Of a stretch of DNA of 64,000 bases, positions 19,788-29,768 are shown piece after piece. The stretch's first letter is position 1, and each line of letters opens with the position of its first letter. A program made the position numbers and the translations under genes. Below the pieces are notes generated by a model that was given only the letters and a program-made list of their open reading frames with translations, made no database searches and was not told the origin of the DNA. Origin of the DNA: Bythopirellula sp. (GTDB taxonomy: Bacteria > Planctomycetota > Planctomycetia > Pirellulales > Lacipirellulaceae); contig OZ244170.1 in NCBI GenBank assembly GCA_965216565.1, positions 2,240,001 through 2,304,000 on the forward strand, given 5' to 3'.

Positions 19788-20051
19788 CTATTCGATTAAT
19801 TCTTCCAGCATGGTCCATTCCTCGGGAGAAAGCTCCATCAGTTGCCCAAGTTGCTCGATCCTGTTGTAAAGTTCGCCCTTAATTCTTACATCATATTCAT
19901 ATAGCTGTTCGCAAATTAAAGTTAATGCTAGACCCCATTCATTATGGTCCAGCAGATCCAACGCATTTGCGGTGTCTTGTGCTGGTAGAGAAGTTTCGCA
20001 ACTCTCAATGACAAAACGGACTCCTTGAGTGATCGAGCGACGACGAAACAT
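19788..20051 (-). CDS. Probable MafI-family polymorphic-toxin immunity protein (orphan)
   Basis: 87 aa, LDHNEWGLALTLICEQLYEYDVRI...YNRIEQLG pattern; visibly more AT-rich than neighbours. Confidence 0.65.
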   Translation of the reverse strand: MFRRRSITQGVRFVIESCETSLPAQDTANALDLLDHNEWGLALTLICEQLYEYDVRIKGELYNRIEQLGQLMELSPEEWTMLEELIE

Positions 20052-20098
20052 CAGATCAACGTGACCTTTCTACTTTAAGAAACAAGTGCAGTTTTGGA

Positions 20099-20135
20099 CC
20101 TCTGCGGCCCTCCGCTTCTCCGCGCCCTCTGCGTT
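20099..20135 (-). repeat. Right inverted repeat of the immunity-gene cassette
   Basis: Reverse complement AACGCAGAGGGCGCGGAGAAGCGGAGGGCCGCAGAGG. Confidence 0.8.
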
Positions 20136-20515
20136 CAATCCCCCACACCCGGCGATCGTCCGCGATGTTTTTCAATCACTTCCGGCAAAGGATAATCGAT
20201 AATTTTCAGTTCTTTCCCCGCAACTTGCTTGAGCCGCTTCCAGCCACGGGTCATGAGCCGCTCCTGAGTTTGGACAAACTCAGCGTCCAAGCCACGTTTG
20301 TCAAAAGGGCCTTCGATCGTGACGGGTTCGAAGTCGTCGTCCACGATGTACTGCGCTAGAGATTGATTGCAACGAATATGGCGTTCGGCCGTAGTGTGCA
20401 GCACCTCGGGGTCAAGCATTCCCACGATGTAGCGGAGATAGAGATCGCTTTCCGTCAGGTTAGCGACGTCCTCGCCACAAACTTCGCACAGATAACCTTC
20501 GTCGCACTTAGCCAT
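20135..20515 (-). CDS. Hypothetical protein with N-terminal Cys cluster
   Basis: MAKCDEGYLCEVCG...HIRC; follows dapB directly on the same strand. Confidence 0.8.
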   Translation of the reverse strand: MAKCDEGYLCEVCGEDVANLTESDLYLRYIVGMLDPEVLHTTAERHIRCNQSLAQYIVDDDFEPVTIEGPFDKRGLDAEFVQTQERLMTRGWKRLKQVAGKELKIIDYPLPEVIEKHRGRSPGVGD

Positions 20516-20538
20516 AGTTCATTTTGCGGCTTTAGCAA

Positions 20539-21327
20539 TTACAGTCCCAACACATCGTTCATGCTATACAGGCCTGGCTGTTTATCGACGATCCATTTCG
20601 CTGCGAGTAGCGCCCCTTGGGCATAACAATCACGATTCGAAGCAGCAACCTTCAACTCGATCGTCTCGCCAAGCATGCCAAACACGATTGTATGCTCACC
20701 TGGATTGTCGCCCGTGCGGATGGCGTGATAGCCAATCTCATTTCGCGAGCGCGGACCGGGCCGACCCGCTCGGCCATGGGTATGCTCTTCCTGCCCCATG
20801 GCCTCGGCAACAATCTCACCAAATCGCAAAGCCGTGCCGCTGGGTGCATCTTCTTTGAAACGGTGATGCCGCTCGATAATCTCGACATCAACGCCAGAGG
20901 TCAGGGGCCGAAGTGCTGCGCCGGCAATCTGCGTCAGTTTCATCAGCAAGTTGACGGCAGTGCTCATGCTCGGTGCCCAGACGATGGGGATCTTCTCGGC
21001 ACATTTGTGAATGTATTTTTCTTGCTCTGCATCAAACCCGGTGGTGGCAATAACGATGGGTTTCTCGAATTGCAGGCAATGCGCGACGGCGGCGACCGCG
21101 GCGTCGGGCACAGAGAAATCGATCACCACGTCGGCGTCAGACTCTCCGACCACCGCCAGGGGGACCCCGATTTTGCCCAATCCCGCCAAAACCCCGGCAT
21201 CGTTGCCCAAGTCTGGGTGCGTGGCAGATTCCAGCGCGGCCACAACATCGAAATCTGCATCCGCGTAGGCCAACGCCGTGACGCGTTGTCCCATCCTCCC
21301 CGCGGCCCCGTGAATTGCGATCTTCAT
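20539..21327 (-). CDS. dapB: 4-hydroxy-tetrahydrodipicolinate reductase
   Basis: GAAGRMG, IDFS, ATTG, EIIERHHRFKEDAPSGTA. Confidence 0.97.
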   Translation of the reverse strand: MKIAIHGAAGRMGQRVTALAYADADFDVVAALESATHPDLGNDAGVLAGLGKIGVPLAVVGESDADVVIDFSVPDAAVAAVAHCLQFEKPIVIATTGFDAEQEKYIHKCAEKIPIVWAPSMSTAVNLLMKLTQIAGAALRPLTSGVDVEIIERHHRFKEDAPSGTALRFGEIVAEAMGQEEHTHGRAGRPGPRSRNEIGYHAIRTGDNPGEHTIVFGMLGETIELKVAASNRDCYAQGALLAAKWIVDKQPGLYSMNDVLGL

Positions 21328-21638
21328 TTCTCTATCGTCTCCTACCTTGGCTGACTGCCTAACACCATACTGCCCAGGCAGCTACCATGCCAGCGGACCA
21401 CCCGGTTGCACGGCCTCGAGTCTCTCATGCCAGGGGTAGCGTTAATCCTCGCGAGCGTGGGCGGCCTTCTCAGACGCCAAATTGATTATTTGCCACTTCG
21501 CCATGGTTCTGCCGCACAAGCAGACGGCTGACTACGTAGAGATCATGGGACGATCGTGGCACCTAGTGTTTCCCGAACAAGAGCCCGAAACCCTTACTCA
21601 GAATAGAGTTAGGTGAGCTGACAACTGACCGCGGGCGT

Positions 21639-21667
21639 TTGACGACCGGAAAAGATACGGCTAAAAT
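21639..21667 (+). promoter_or_regulatory. Sigma70-type promoter for the dksA-like gene
   Basis: TTGACG-N17-TAAAAT about 60 bp upstream of ATG 21728. Confidence 0.6.
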
Positions 21668-21727
21668 AACGATTCTCGGCACTATTGGGCCGAGCAGAGT
21701 ACGAGGACATACGACGGAGAATCATCC

Positions 21728-22105
21728 ATGAAAAAAGCTGACATGAAAGTATACAAGGAGCGACTTCTGGGACTCAGAGCGAGGCTCCGCGGAGATGTTT
21801 CCTCAATGACAGACGCAGCTTTGCGTAAGTCGGGGAACGAAGGCTCCGAAGCCTCCCACATGCCGATCCACATGGCAGAATTGGGCAGCGATAACTACGA
21901 GCAGGAATTCACTCTGAGCCTACTGGCGACGGAAGAAGACACTCTCGCGATGATCGAAACCGCCATTCAGCGAATTGAGGATGGGACCTACGGGAAATGC
22001 CTGGAGTGCGAAGGAGCCATTCCCAAGACGCGGCTCAATGCCATTCCGCACACCACTCTGTGCGTGAAGTGTGCCTCAGAGCGAGATCAGAACATGGCGG
22101 GCTGA
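21728..22105 (+). CDS. TraR/DksA family C4 zinc-finger protein
   Basis: Coiled coil, PIHMAELGSD, YGKCLEC...RLNAIP...CVKC. Confidence 0.92.
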   Translation: MKKADMKVYKERLLGLRARLRGDVSSMTDAALRKSGNEGSEASHMPIHMAELGSDNYEQEFTLSLLATEEDTLAMIETAIQRIEDGTYGKCLECEGAIPKTRLNAIPHTTLCVKCASERDQNMAG

Positions 22106-22185
22106 ACAGGCTCAGGTCGTTTCAGAACCACTTGGGGTGACAAGGCTCGTCCTGTGCCCCTCAAAGATTACCCCCTTGGGCTCAA

Positions 22186-22220
22186 TAACGGACTCGAACC
22201 ATTTCGAGTCCGTTTTTTAT
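22186..22220 (+). terminator. Intrinsic terminator
   Basis: AACGGACTCGAA-CCAT-TTCGAGTCCGTT followed by TTTT. Confidence 0.8.
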
Positions 22221-22355
22221 TGCCTCTTATCTTCGCTGGCTGGGCCGAAACGCCACCGCTGTTGGTGGAATCTAATCGATCCAGTAAATTATCGGTTCCC
22301 GCACGATCTGCCACTGAGGCAGAACGTCTGCCTCTGCTGCCTAAATTATCGGCCC

Positions 22356-22916
22356 ATGGATCAACCCCAGCAAAACCTGACGAAACGTTTCTACTTATTC
22401 TGCGGTTTAGCAATTGCAGGTTGTGCCGCCGATTTGATCAGCAAACACTTAGTCTTCGACCATCCGCAACTCTTCCGTGGCAACGAGTGGTGGCTATGGC
22501 AGGGACATGTCGGAATTCAGAAGAGCCTCAATGAAGGGGCGCTGTTCGGCATCGGGCAGGGTGGGGTAGGCTTGTTTGCGGTAATCTCAATTGCCGCAGC
22601 GATCGCGATTCCTATTTGGCTCTTTGTTTATCGTGCCGCCGAGGATCTTTGGCTAACCGCTACGCTCGGCTGCATCCTGGGCGGTATTCTAGGAAATCTT
22701 TACGACCGTTTGGGTTGGCACGGCTTAAGCTGGGACTCGTTCGATCCTGCCCGGCAGGGGCAGTATGTCTACGCGGTTCGTGACTGGATTCTTTTTCAGT
22801 GGAACGAGCAATGGGTTTGGCCGAACTTCAACATTGCCGACGCGTTGCTTGTCGTGGGCACGATCGTTCTCTTGGTTCGGTCCTTCTACGCTCCCCCCCA
22901 GGAGAGCGAAAGCTAA
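22356..22916 (+). CDS. lspA: Lipoprotein signal peptidase II
   Basis: DLISK, NEGALFG, GILGNLYDRL, VRDWI, FNIAD. Confidence 0.93.
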   Translation: MDQPQQNLTKRFYLFCGLAIAGCAADLISKHLVFDHPQLFRGNEWWLWQGHVGIQKSLNEGALFGIGQGGVGLFAVISIAAAIAIPIWLFVYRAAEDLWLTATLGCILGGILGNLYDRLGWHGLSWDSFDPARQGQYVYAVRDWILFQWNEQWVWPNFNIADALLVVGTIVLLVRSFYAPPQESES

Positions 22917-23641
22917 GGCACTTCGGTGACGTTTGGAACCAGTCTTTGGTGATGCAGTCTTTAGAGATGAAGCGCTTAGCGATGTAGCGCTCAGAGATGC
23001 TATGCCGCTAGTTCCCTCCGAATCAGATTCTTAATCTCCCTAACAAACATTACCGCAACAAGAGTCTTAGCTTTGAGCTTGGCCAATGATTCCTAATGAA
23101 CGTCGTGAATTCAAAGTTCAGTCTTCCTATGAAATTTTGTTACATTCTGCAACGCAGCCTTAGCAGACATCAAGTTTGTTCCTGATGTGGATATCCCCGA
23201 TGGACGATGTGCACTCCTCTGCCTACTCTTCATTTGAACGGTGCGACTCGGAACACGCATCTCAAACGAAGCGACATTTTGTCACATCGTTAACGCGAAA
23301 AGTCACATCAGGAACCTCTTGTTTAGGATGCAATTGAATCGTCCGATTCTTTGTGTGTTTTCTATAGGTTCCAACTTCTACCAAGAGGTTGTACTCAACG
23401 TTATCACCAACGAATGGCATTCCATTTGCTGCTTGATGAGGAGAGTCTGCTTCGAAAGTTGTAATCGTCAGACATCCCCAGTGATTTCAAAGGTAACTGT
23501 GCCGAAGTGTCCAGCAGGAAAAATGGCAAAGTTGTATTTGTAAAAAAGCTGAAAGAAGGATTGGCATATCTGCCACTCGTTCTATAGAGCTTAGCTGGGT
23601 TGAATTTTGGGGTCGGAACACTCGTTAAGGGGAACAGAAAT

Positions 23642-24046
23642 ATGCGTCTATCTCGCGCTTCGTCGTACGCTATTAATGCAGTCATTCAATTGGCTGAGGG
23701 TCCTGACAAGGTCCCCCTTCCATGCAGTAAACTATCGCAGAATGGCGATATGCCGGAACGATTCTTGTTGCAGGTCTTGCGGAATCTTGTCAATCATGGC
23801 TTGGTGAAGTCGATCCGCGGCGTGGACGGCGGGTATTACCTGGTGAGGTCGCCCAACGAACTCAGTCTGTTGGAAGTCATTGAAGCAACCGATGGGCCAC
23901 TGGAGCCTTCGATTCCGCCACTCGATGGTCTTTCGAAGAATTCGCAGGACAAGGTCCAATCTGCCATGAACGACGTGGTTAAGGAAACCTCACGTCGCCT
24001 GTCGAGGATTAGGGTCTCCGATTTGAAATCGGCCTCTGGGCGATAG
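23642..24046 (+). CDS. Rrf2 family transcriptional regulator (no IscR-type Cys cluster)
   Basis: SYAI...FLLQVLRNLVNHGLVKSIRGVDGGYYL...LLEVIEA. Confidence 0.92.
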   Translation: MRLSRASSYAINAVIQLAEGPDKVPLPCSKLSQNGDMPERFLLQVLRNLVNHGLVKSIRGVDGGYYLVRSPNELSLLEVIEATDGPLEPSIPPLDGLSKNSQDKVQSAMNDVVKETSRRLSRIRVSDLKSASGR

Positions 24047-24098
24047 GACAGGGCTCAAGAGTAGCCCTGCGAAGTGGGTAACATCGGGAAGACGGCAC

Positions 24099-25169
24099 CT
24101 ACTGGGCTGCGCTCTTCGTACCCAGGGGGGATGCTTCAATGTGATCTCCCTGTTGCAGCGGTCGAGTGGAAATCGCAAACCCCATTTTCCACAAGGTCTT
24201 CTTCAACACTCGAAACTCGTCGAAGCTGTCAGTATAGAGCCAGACATCCACTGGCGGCGAGTCGCGGCGTTTCGCTTGCAGATAACTATGCAGGCGTTGC
24301 CCTGGGGCTAGCGCTTGTTCAACACTTTCGCCCAGCTCTTCGTCCACAGGATCAAAGCGATGAATTTGGAACATCTCGTTCACGGTTCGGGTCCCCACCG
24401 TCGAGCCACCGAGAGGACGCCGGGCCCTTTTGAGATACTTTGACTTCAAACGATATCCATCGATCGGCCCCACTGTTTCCAACACACTGCTACTCGATTG
24501 CAACCGTCTTTGGATGTCGGGCAAGCGATATCGCATCTCGTCCAGCAATTCTTCGACTGGCACGATCGAAACTAAGCCCTTGCGAAGCCGCAGGTGAATC
24601 GACGGAATATCGACCTCTTTAGCCTGCGGAGTTGGTACGACTTCGATTTCCTCGACTGTCTCTGGTGCCGAGGCCAGCACGATCCGCTGCTCGTTCAGGT
24701 CTTCGAGCTTAAGTTGCGACTCCATCAGGCTTCGCTGCACGTCAAAGTCTTTTTGCGCGCTCTCGTCGAGTTCTTCTCGTCGCTCGGCAATGTCTTGCTC
24801 GATCAAAGAGCGGTGCATCGCAAGTTCAACACGCTGCTGCTCCTGTGAAGAGAGTTCGTTATTGATGCGGGCAACCTTCGTCGCTAGTTCGACGACTTCT
24901 TTTCTAGAATCTAAGACCTCCCTCTTAGCCAACTCAACCTGTACTTTGAGTTGGGTGAGTTGCTCTTCAGAGACAAGGCTGTTTTCATGTTGTTGCTGGG
25001 CAATTTTGGCTCTGACGGCCATTGCCTCTCGCTCCTCGTCAGTGAGGCTTTGTGTAGCCTGCATGCCTACCAGCATCACCATGATGATCAGCACACCAAC
25101 TACGTTGGCCACCACATCCAGGAACGAATCTTGGCTATCTTGCTCTTCGTGGATCTTTCTAGAACCCAT
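24099..25169 (-). CDS. Single-pass membrane protein with ExbD/MotB-like TM (Asp retained) and coiled coil
   Basis: DSFLDVVANVVGVLIIMVMLV, long coiled coil, C-terminal alpha/beta domain; overlaps upstream gene. Confidence 0.75.
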   Translation of the reverse strand: MGSRKIHEEQDSQDSFLDVVANVVGVLIIMVMLVGMQATQSLTDEEREAMAVRAKIAQQQHENSLVSEEQLTQLKVQVELAKREVLDSRKEVVELATKVARINNELSSQEQQRVELAMHRSLIEQDIAERREELDESAQKDFDVQRSLMESQLKLEDLNEQRIVLASAPETVEEIEVVPTPQAKEVDIPSIHLRLRKGLVSIVPVEELLDEMRYRLPDIQRRLQSSSSVLETVGPIDGYRLKSKYLKRARRPLGGSTVGTRTVNEMFQIHRFDPVDEELGESVEQALAPGQRLHSYLQAKRRDSPPVDVWLYTDSFDEFRVLKKTLWKMGFAISTRPLQQGDHIEASPLGTKSAAQ

Positions 25170-27192
25170 GGCCACCTTCCCCCCGCTGCAAAGTGGACGA
25201 GTTTGAATTGGACGGCTTGGTATTGGACGTTTGCGAATTAGCCGTCTGTGGCAACCGAATGTCGACACCACTATTGCGAAGAAGTTTGACCAGTCGATTG
25301 GCGGTATCGCCCGCTTCGGGTCCAACATTCAGCTCCAGTACCGGACGCCAATAAAGCCCATTGCCCGCCAATCCCCAATCGTCCATGCGGGACTTGAGTG
25401 CCGCAGAAAACTGATCCGAGATCTCGTCCAAGGGTTGATCCAGAGAAATAACCGTACCCGTAGCACCGGCCCCCGCCCTAGCATGTCGACTAGGCAAGAG
25501 GGCAACTTGATCTTGGCGAACTACCACCTGAATGGGCCGCTGAATCGGAACTGCACTTCGCATGGCTTGCTGCACCGCCCAGTCGCTACCCCTCGCGTCG
25601 GCAATGCTCTGCTGCTGCGAAAGTCGCAAACTGGAACTATCGCGCGCGATGTCTTTCTGACCGAGCGCGACCGCATTGCTGGAAGGGTTATTGGAACTCG
25701 AGGAAGGCGAACCAGATCCCGCCGCACTCGACGAACCACCAGCGCTGCCCGACTGACCGCCCGGTTGTCCCGGCGAACCAGCCTGTGCGAGTCCACCCTC
25801 GGCTTGGTTAGAACCAGAGTCCCCCGCCTGACCGCCACTGTTCTGACCGCTACCGCTTTGGCCTCCGCCATTAGGCCCTCCAGCCAAAGCACCTTCGCTC
25901 GATGAGCCTGCCGAGCCGGCACCTCCCGAGAAGTCGACAGTCGAATCGAAACCCGAATCCGCTGGCCCCTCTCCGCCAGCCCAGGATTCGGCACCGCTAT
26001 TTGCATTTCCGGCGCCAGACTGCGAACCACCTCCGTTGCCATTAAAATCAAATTCGCCACCGTCCCTCTCACCGGGATTTCCGCCGCCGCCATTTCCGGT
26101 GCCGTTGGCTCCTAAGCTCTGATCGTATCTGCCGTCGTCTCCTGAGGCCAAACCATAGCCGCCACCGTAGGGCCCCACCGAGGAATTCCCTCTGCCGCTG
26201 CTCCGACCACCGCCGCCCAAGCCGCTAACACCTCGGAATTTGCTAGGGGCTGCCCTCGCCAATCGCGACAGACGTTCCCGAGCAACCATCACAGCATGCT
26301 GCTGCGTTCTGGCAAGTTGGGGATCAGGAAGATCGGGAAAGGTAAGTTTCCAGTCGGCATCGATAAACTCGTAGCCGTAGCTAGAATCCCACGACTTAAT
26401 CGCATGGCGGGCCAACTGATAGTGCTTCACGCCCTTGGGTTTCACAATGATTAGCGGATAAGGATCCAACGGCTGCTTCTCGCCGGCGAGTCTTGCATTG
26501 CGGTTCAGATACTCTCGCGAAGCACGCAAAGACGCGGCCAATGGATTACCTGGCCAGCTAGGATTGACGAAGTCGGTCTCGTTAAAACGCAACCCTTCAG
26601 GCTGCAATGTGATGCCATGCTCGTCACAGACGATGTAGATTGGCTGGGCATACGTGCCGTTCTTGCCCTTGAAGGGCACGACCGCATACGACCGCTCGTT
26701 GCTAGTCGCTTCGCGCATCGCTTCCAACTGCTCTTCAGTCTCTTCGATCAACTCTTCAAGACGGGCAAGTTCCTGCTCCGCTTGGTACTGATCGACCACT
26801 TGCTCTTCTTCGGTCGCCTTCAGACGGTCGGCAGCCAGAGAAAGCTGCGCTAGCTCGTGCTCTAGTCGGCGGATATGATCTTCCGAATGGCTAAGCTTGG
26901 CTTTATCTTGTTCGAGTCTTCGTTTGCCCTGTTGCTTCAGCTCATCGAGCTGCTGTTGGTACGCATTGACCATTGCCAGTTCAGAGCTCAATTGCTGAAC
27001 TTCATTGGGATCGGCCCCGGAGACAATCAATTCCTCCGGCGTCTGATCGCTGACCGCGATCGGATCCTTACCAATGCGCTGTGCAAGTACCACGAGTAGC
27101 ACCAGGAGTGCTCCCATCGTGCAAAGCAGGACGGCAAGAAAAGGAAACAGGCCGACCGCGCTCGAATTATCGCTGGTCGATGGTCGGCTCAT
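25159..27192 (-). CDS. Single-pass membrane protein with ExbD-like TM (no Asp), coiled coil and Gly-rich linker
   Basis: GLFPFLAVLLCTMGALLVLLVV, coiled coil, PYPLIIVKPKG domain, long Gly/Ser-rich stretch. Confidence 0.78.
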   Translation of the reverse strand: MSRPSTSDNSSAVGLFPFLAVLLCTMGALLVLLVVLAQRIGKDPIAVSDQTPEELIVSGADPNEVQQLSSELAMVNAYQQQLDELKQQGKRRLEQDKAKLSHSEDHIRRLEHELAQLSLAADRLKATEEEQVVDQYQAEQELARLEELIEETEEQLEAMREATSNERSYAVVPFKGKNGTYAQPIYIVCDEHGITLQPEGLRFNETDFVNPSWPGNPLAASLRASREYLNRNARLAGEKQPLDPYPLIIVKPKGVKHYQLARHAIKSWDSSYGYEFIDADWKLTFPDLPDPQLARTQQHAVMVARERLSRLARAAPSKFRGVSGLGGGGRSSGRGNSSVGPYGGGYGLASGDDGRYDQSLGANGTGNGGGGNPGERDGGEFDFNGNGGGSQSGAGNANSGAESWAGGEGPADSGFDSTVDFSGGAGSAGSSSEGALAGGPNGGGQSGSGQNSGGQAGDSGSNQAEGGLAQAGSPGQPGGQSGSAGGSSSAAGSGSPSSSSNNPSSNAVALGQKDIARDSSSLRLSQQQSIADARGSDWAVQQAMRSAVPIQRPIQVVVRQDQVALLPSRHARAGAGATGTVISLDQPLDEISDQFSAALKSRMDDWGLAGNGLYWRPVLELNVGPEAGDTANRLVKLLRNSGVDIRLPQTANSQTSNTKPSNSNSSTLQRGEGGHGF

Positions 27193-28730
27193 GCTGCTTT
27201 ATTCTGGGGGCGATCGTCAGTTAATTCGATTTCTTGATAGTGCGTAGGTTCGCTGAGGCGGGCTCCTAACAACTGCAAAGCGGCTGAAAGACCGGCAACG
27301 GTTTTCTCGAAGTTGTGCGCACCAGCCAGTGCATTGAGATTTCCGTTGAGCGTTTCTTCCAACTGTTTGATCTGCCCGGTGGCCTCGACAACCTTCAGCA
27401 GAATATCGCCTTGCTTGATCAGGTGTTCCTGCTGCGTGACGGTCGTCCCGGCAGCCTCGACCAGTGCCACTTGCATTTCCTTCAGCAAGTCTTCGCTTTG
27501 TCGAATCAGCTTTTCTTGACGCGTGGTGGCCACCAGCATGGCCTCGCCAACCGCGGCTTCTACGTCGGCCAAATGGCGGCGGTTTTCCTCAGCTAGTTTG
27601 GTCTCGGCTTCGGTCAACGCTGACGTGTGTTGATCGAGTCCTTCGTTTAATAGCTCGGCGTGACGCACTAGTGTGCCTTCCAGATCGGTCGCTAGCGACT
27701 TGATTCCCTGGTTGACCGCCTCACCATGTCGCGATAACCCGTCCACCACGGCACCAGACATCGCTTCGTCTAACGTGGTCGTTGTGTCTTGCAGAATTTG
27801 CGCGCACTGCTTGCCGGTGTTGGTCAATGTTTCAGCTTGGAACTCGCCCGTTTTGGCTAACAGGGCTTGCACCATACTAGTTTGTTTTACGAATCCGGAT
27901 TCCACAGTTTTCAGGAGTCGCTCGCTCATCATGCTGATCGAAGCGACACCCGGATCGCTCTCGGTGCCAAACTGCTCGAATCGACCGATCAGTTGGGCAC
28001 CAGCAGTGGCGTCGACGCTAGTGAGCAAACGCAGCTCAACACGTTCGACGCAGAACTTGGCGAAAAGCAAGATGATCGAAAGCCCCAAGGCCTGGGCTGT
28101 TGTAAAGAACGCGACACTCAATCCAGCGACCACGGCAGGCAACGATTGATCGACCGCTTGACCACCCAAATTAAGCTTGGAGATTGCCAGCGTGATACCA
28201 ATCACTGTGCCCAGGAATCCGAGAATCGGAATCGTGGAAGCAATAATACGCGTCAGGCCGTAGCTATTGTGCATGCGGGCCAGATCGGTTTCTTCCAAAT
28301 GGCGAAGTTGTTGTTCAATGTTGTCTGCTGTGCCCTTACGTTGTACGAATTCCAAGCCTTCGCGTAATCGCCGCACTAAGTAGTGGTCAGCAATCCCACT
28401 CGTGGAATCCTCCAAGCCTTTGAGCAAGCTAGGCACATCGCCCATCGTCTCGATGCCCATCGCGTCCGTCGGCAGGCGAACGGTGTTCACCATCGCGAAC
28501 TCAACCCCAAGGCTTAATGCCTTAATGATGAGACCAGCCAGACCCACGAAAAACAATGCGGTCGCTACATAGGCAGTTTCGTGACCGGCAAAGTAGCGCA
28601 TCCAAAAACTCTCTTCGCCAGAAAGCCGAAATACGGCTGCGTAGAAAGCCAGGCAGGACAAGCCTCCCCAGATGAAGGACTGACGTAACAACCATTCAGA
28701 TAATGTAGTAACGCGAGACACGGCGGGCAT
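27189..28730 (-). CDS. MotA/TolQ/ExbB proton-channel family protein with long helical C-terminal tail
   Basis: IPILGFLGTVIGI...GLSVAFFTTAQAL channel motif; about 290 aa helical tail; start 28730 or 28742. Confidence 0.88.
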   Translation of the reverse strand: MPAVSRVTTLSEWLLRQSFIWGGLSCLAFYAAVFRLSGEESFWMRYFAGHETAYVATALFFVGLAGLIIKALSLGVEFAMVNTVRLPTDAMGIETMGDVPSLLKGLEDSTSGIADHYLVRRLREGLEFVQRKGTADNIEQQLRHLEETDLARMHNSYGLTRIIASTIPILGFLGTVIGITLAISKLNLGGQAVDQSLPAVVAGLSVAFFTTAQALGLSIILLFAKFCVERVELRLLTSVDATAGAQLIGRFEQFGTESDPGVASISMMSERLLKTVESGFVKQTSMVQALLAKTGEFQAETLTNTGKQCAQILQDTTTTLDEAMSGAVVDGLSRHGEAVNQGIKSLATDLEGTLVRHAELLNEGLDQHTSALTEAETKLAEENRRHLADVEAAVGEAMLVATTRQEKLIRQSEDLLKEMQVALVEAAGTTVTQQEHLIKQGDILLKVVEATGQIKQLEETLNGNLNALAGAHNFEKTVAGLSAALQLLGARLSEPTHYQEIELTDDRPQNKAA

Positions 28731-29220
28731 CCTTTCTTCCATCGCCGGTGGGCTCCGCTCGGGCTTGCGCAGTGCGCAAACTATCCCGGGCAAAAATCCT
28801 CTATCCTCAGAATCGGCCCAACCGGCAAAGTTTGTGAATCGTTTTAGAAAAAAGGTGAGAGGAACTTTCACACCAGCCGATTCTGCTAGCACCCGGCAGA
28901 GCTTACTTATTTGACAAACTTTGCCAAAGCGGCAGACCCCTAGGGTCGATATACCAAACAGCCCAAGGCGACTCTGCCACCCTGAAGAACAAACCACCAG
29001 ACACACCACAGCAGCAATGCTGTCACCAAATTACCCAGGGGGGTCTGCAGCCCGGCGCGATTCGCTCGCCCGGGCTGCTTTTTTTGGTAGCATCCTAGGG
29101 CAATCGTCGCTGCTGAATGCTTTCAGGGCAGATAGCCGGACCGCCACGCGGTCCGAAGACTCCGGAGGCAGGTGTGCCCCCGGCTACAGGTGCGACTCTA
29201 GCAAATGCCGCGACGCTGCA

Positions 29221-29721
29221 TTAAAGAGCCTTCTTCAGATAGAGAGTCGACCCTTGACCCTCGCCGTGATGACTTTGCACATAGCCACTGGCAAGATACG
29301 TACGATGTGCCAGTTCGTTACGCTCTTCCACTTCCAGCGTCACCGCACAATAGCCTCGGTCACGAGCGAGTTTTTCCACCGCGCCTAACAACCTTCGGCC
29401 AATCCCTTGGCCACGGAATTGCTTTGAGACGGCCAAGTCGTGAATATTCATTAACGGCTTTGCTGCGAAGGTAGAAAAACCAACGAAGCAGGTCGCAATG
29501 CCAACCGGTTCCCCTTCTTGCTCTGCCAGTAGAATGAGCGTTGTGGGATGTTGCTGCAGACCGGGAATCAAGCGCTGCCTAGTGTCGTCCCCTAACGCTT
29601 TGCCGCGCCCCATGGGATCTTGCGCGTAGGCACTGATTAACGCAACGACTGAGTTCTGGTCTTGCGGATTGGCAAGATCAGCTTCTCTGATGGTAATGGT
29701 TGACTGAATAGAATCGCTCAT
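29221..29721 (-). CDS. GNAT family N-acetyltransferase
   Basis: IHDLAV...FRGQGIGRRLL, TLEV...N..A...Y. Confidence 0.92.
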   Translation of the reverse strand: MSDSIQSTITIREADLANPQDQNSVVALISAYAQDPMGRGKALGDDTRQRLIPGLQQHPTTLILLAEQEGEPVGIATCFVGFSTFAAKPLMNIHDLAVSKQFRGQGIGRRLLGAVEKLARDRGYCAVTLEVEERNELAHRTYLASGYVQSHHGEGQGSTLYLKKAL

Positions 29722-29768
29722 TGCCATTTCACCTCGCGGAAGTTTCGACTCCCGTCAATAAAACCAGC

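Noticed and set aside
25680..26230. Low-complexity repetitive DNA
   Set aside because: Explained by the Gly/Ser-rich linker of the 25159-27192 protein
24099..28742. Canonical Zorya defence system
   Set aside because: No OmpA-domain ZorB and no ZorC/D/E; housekeeping context. Kept only as an architectural analogy
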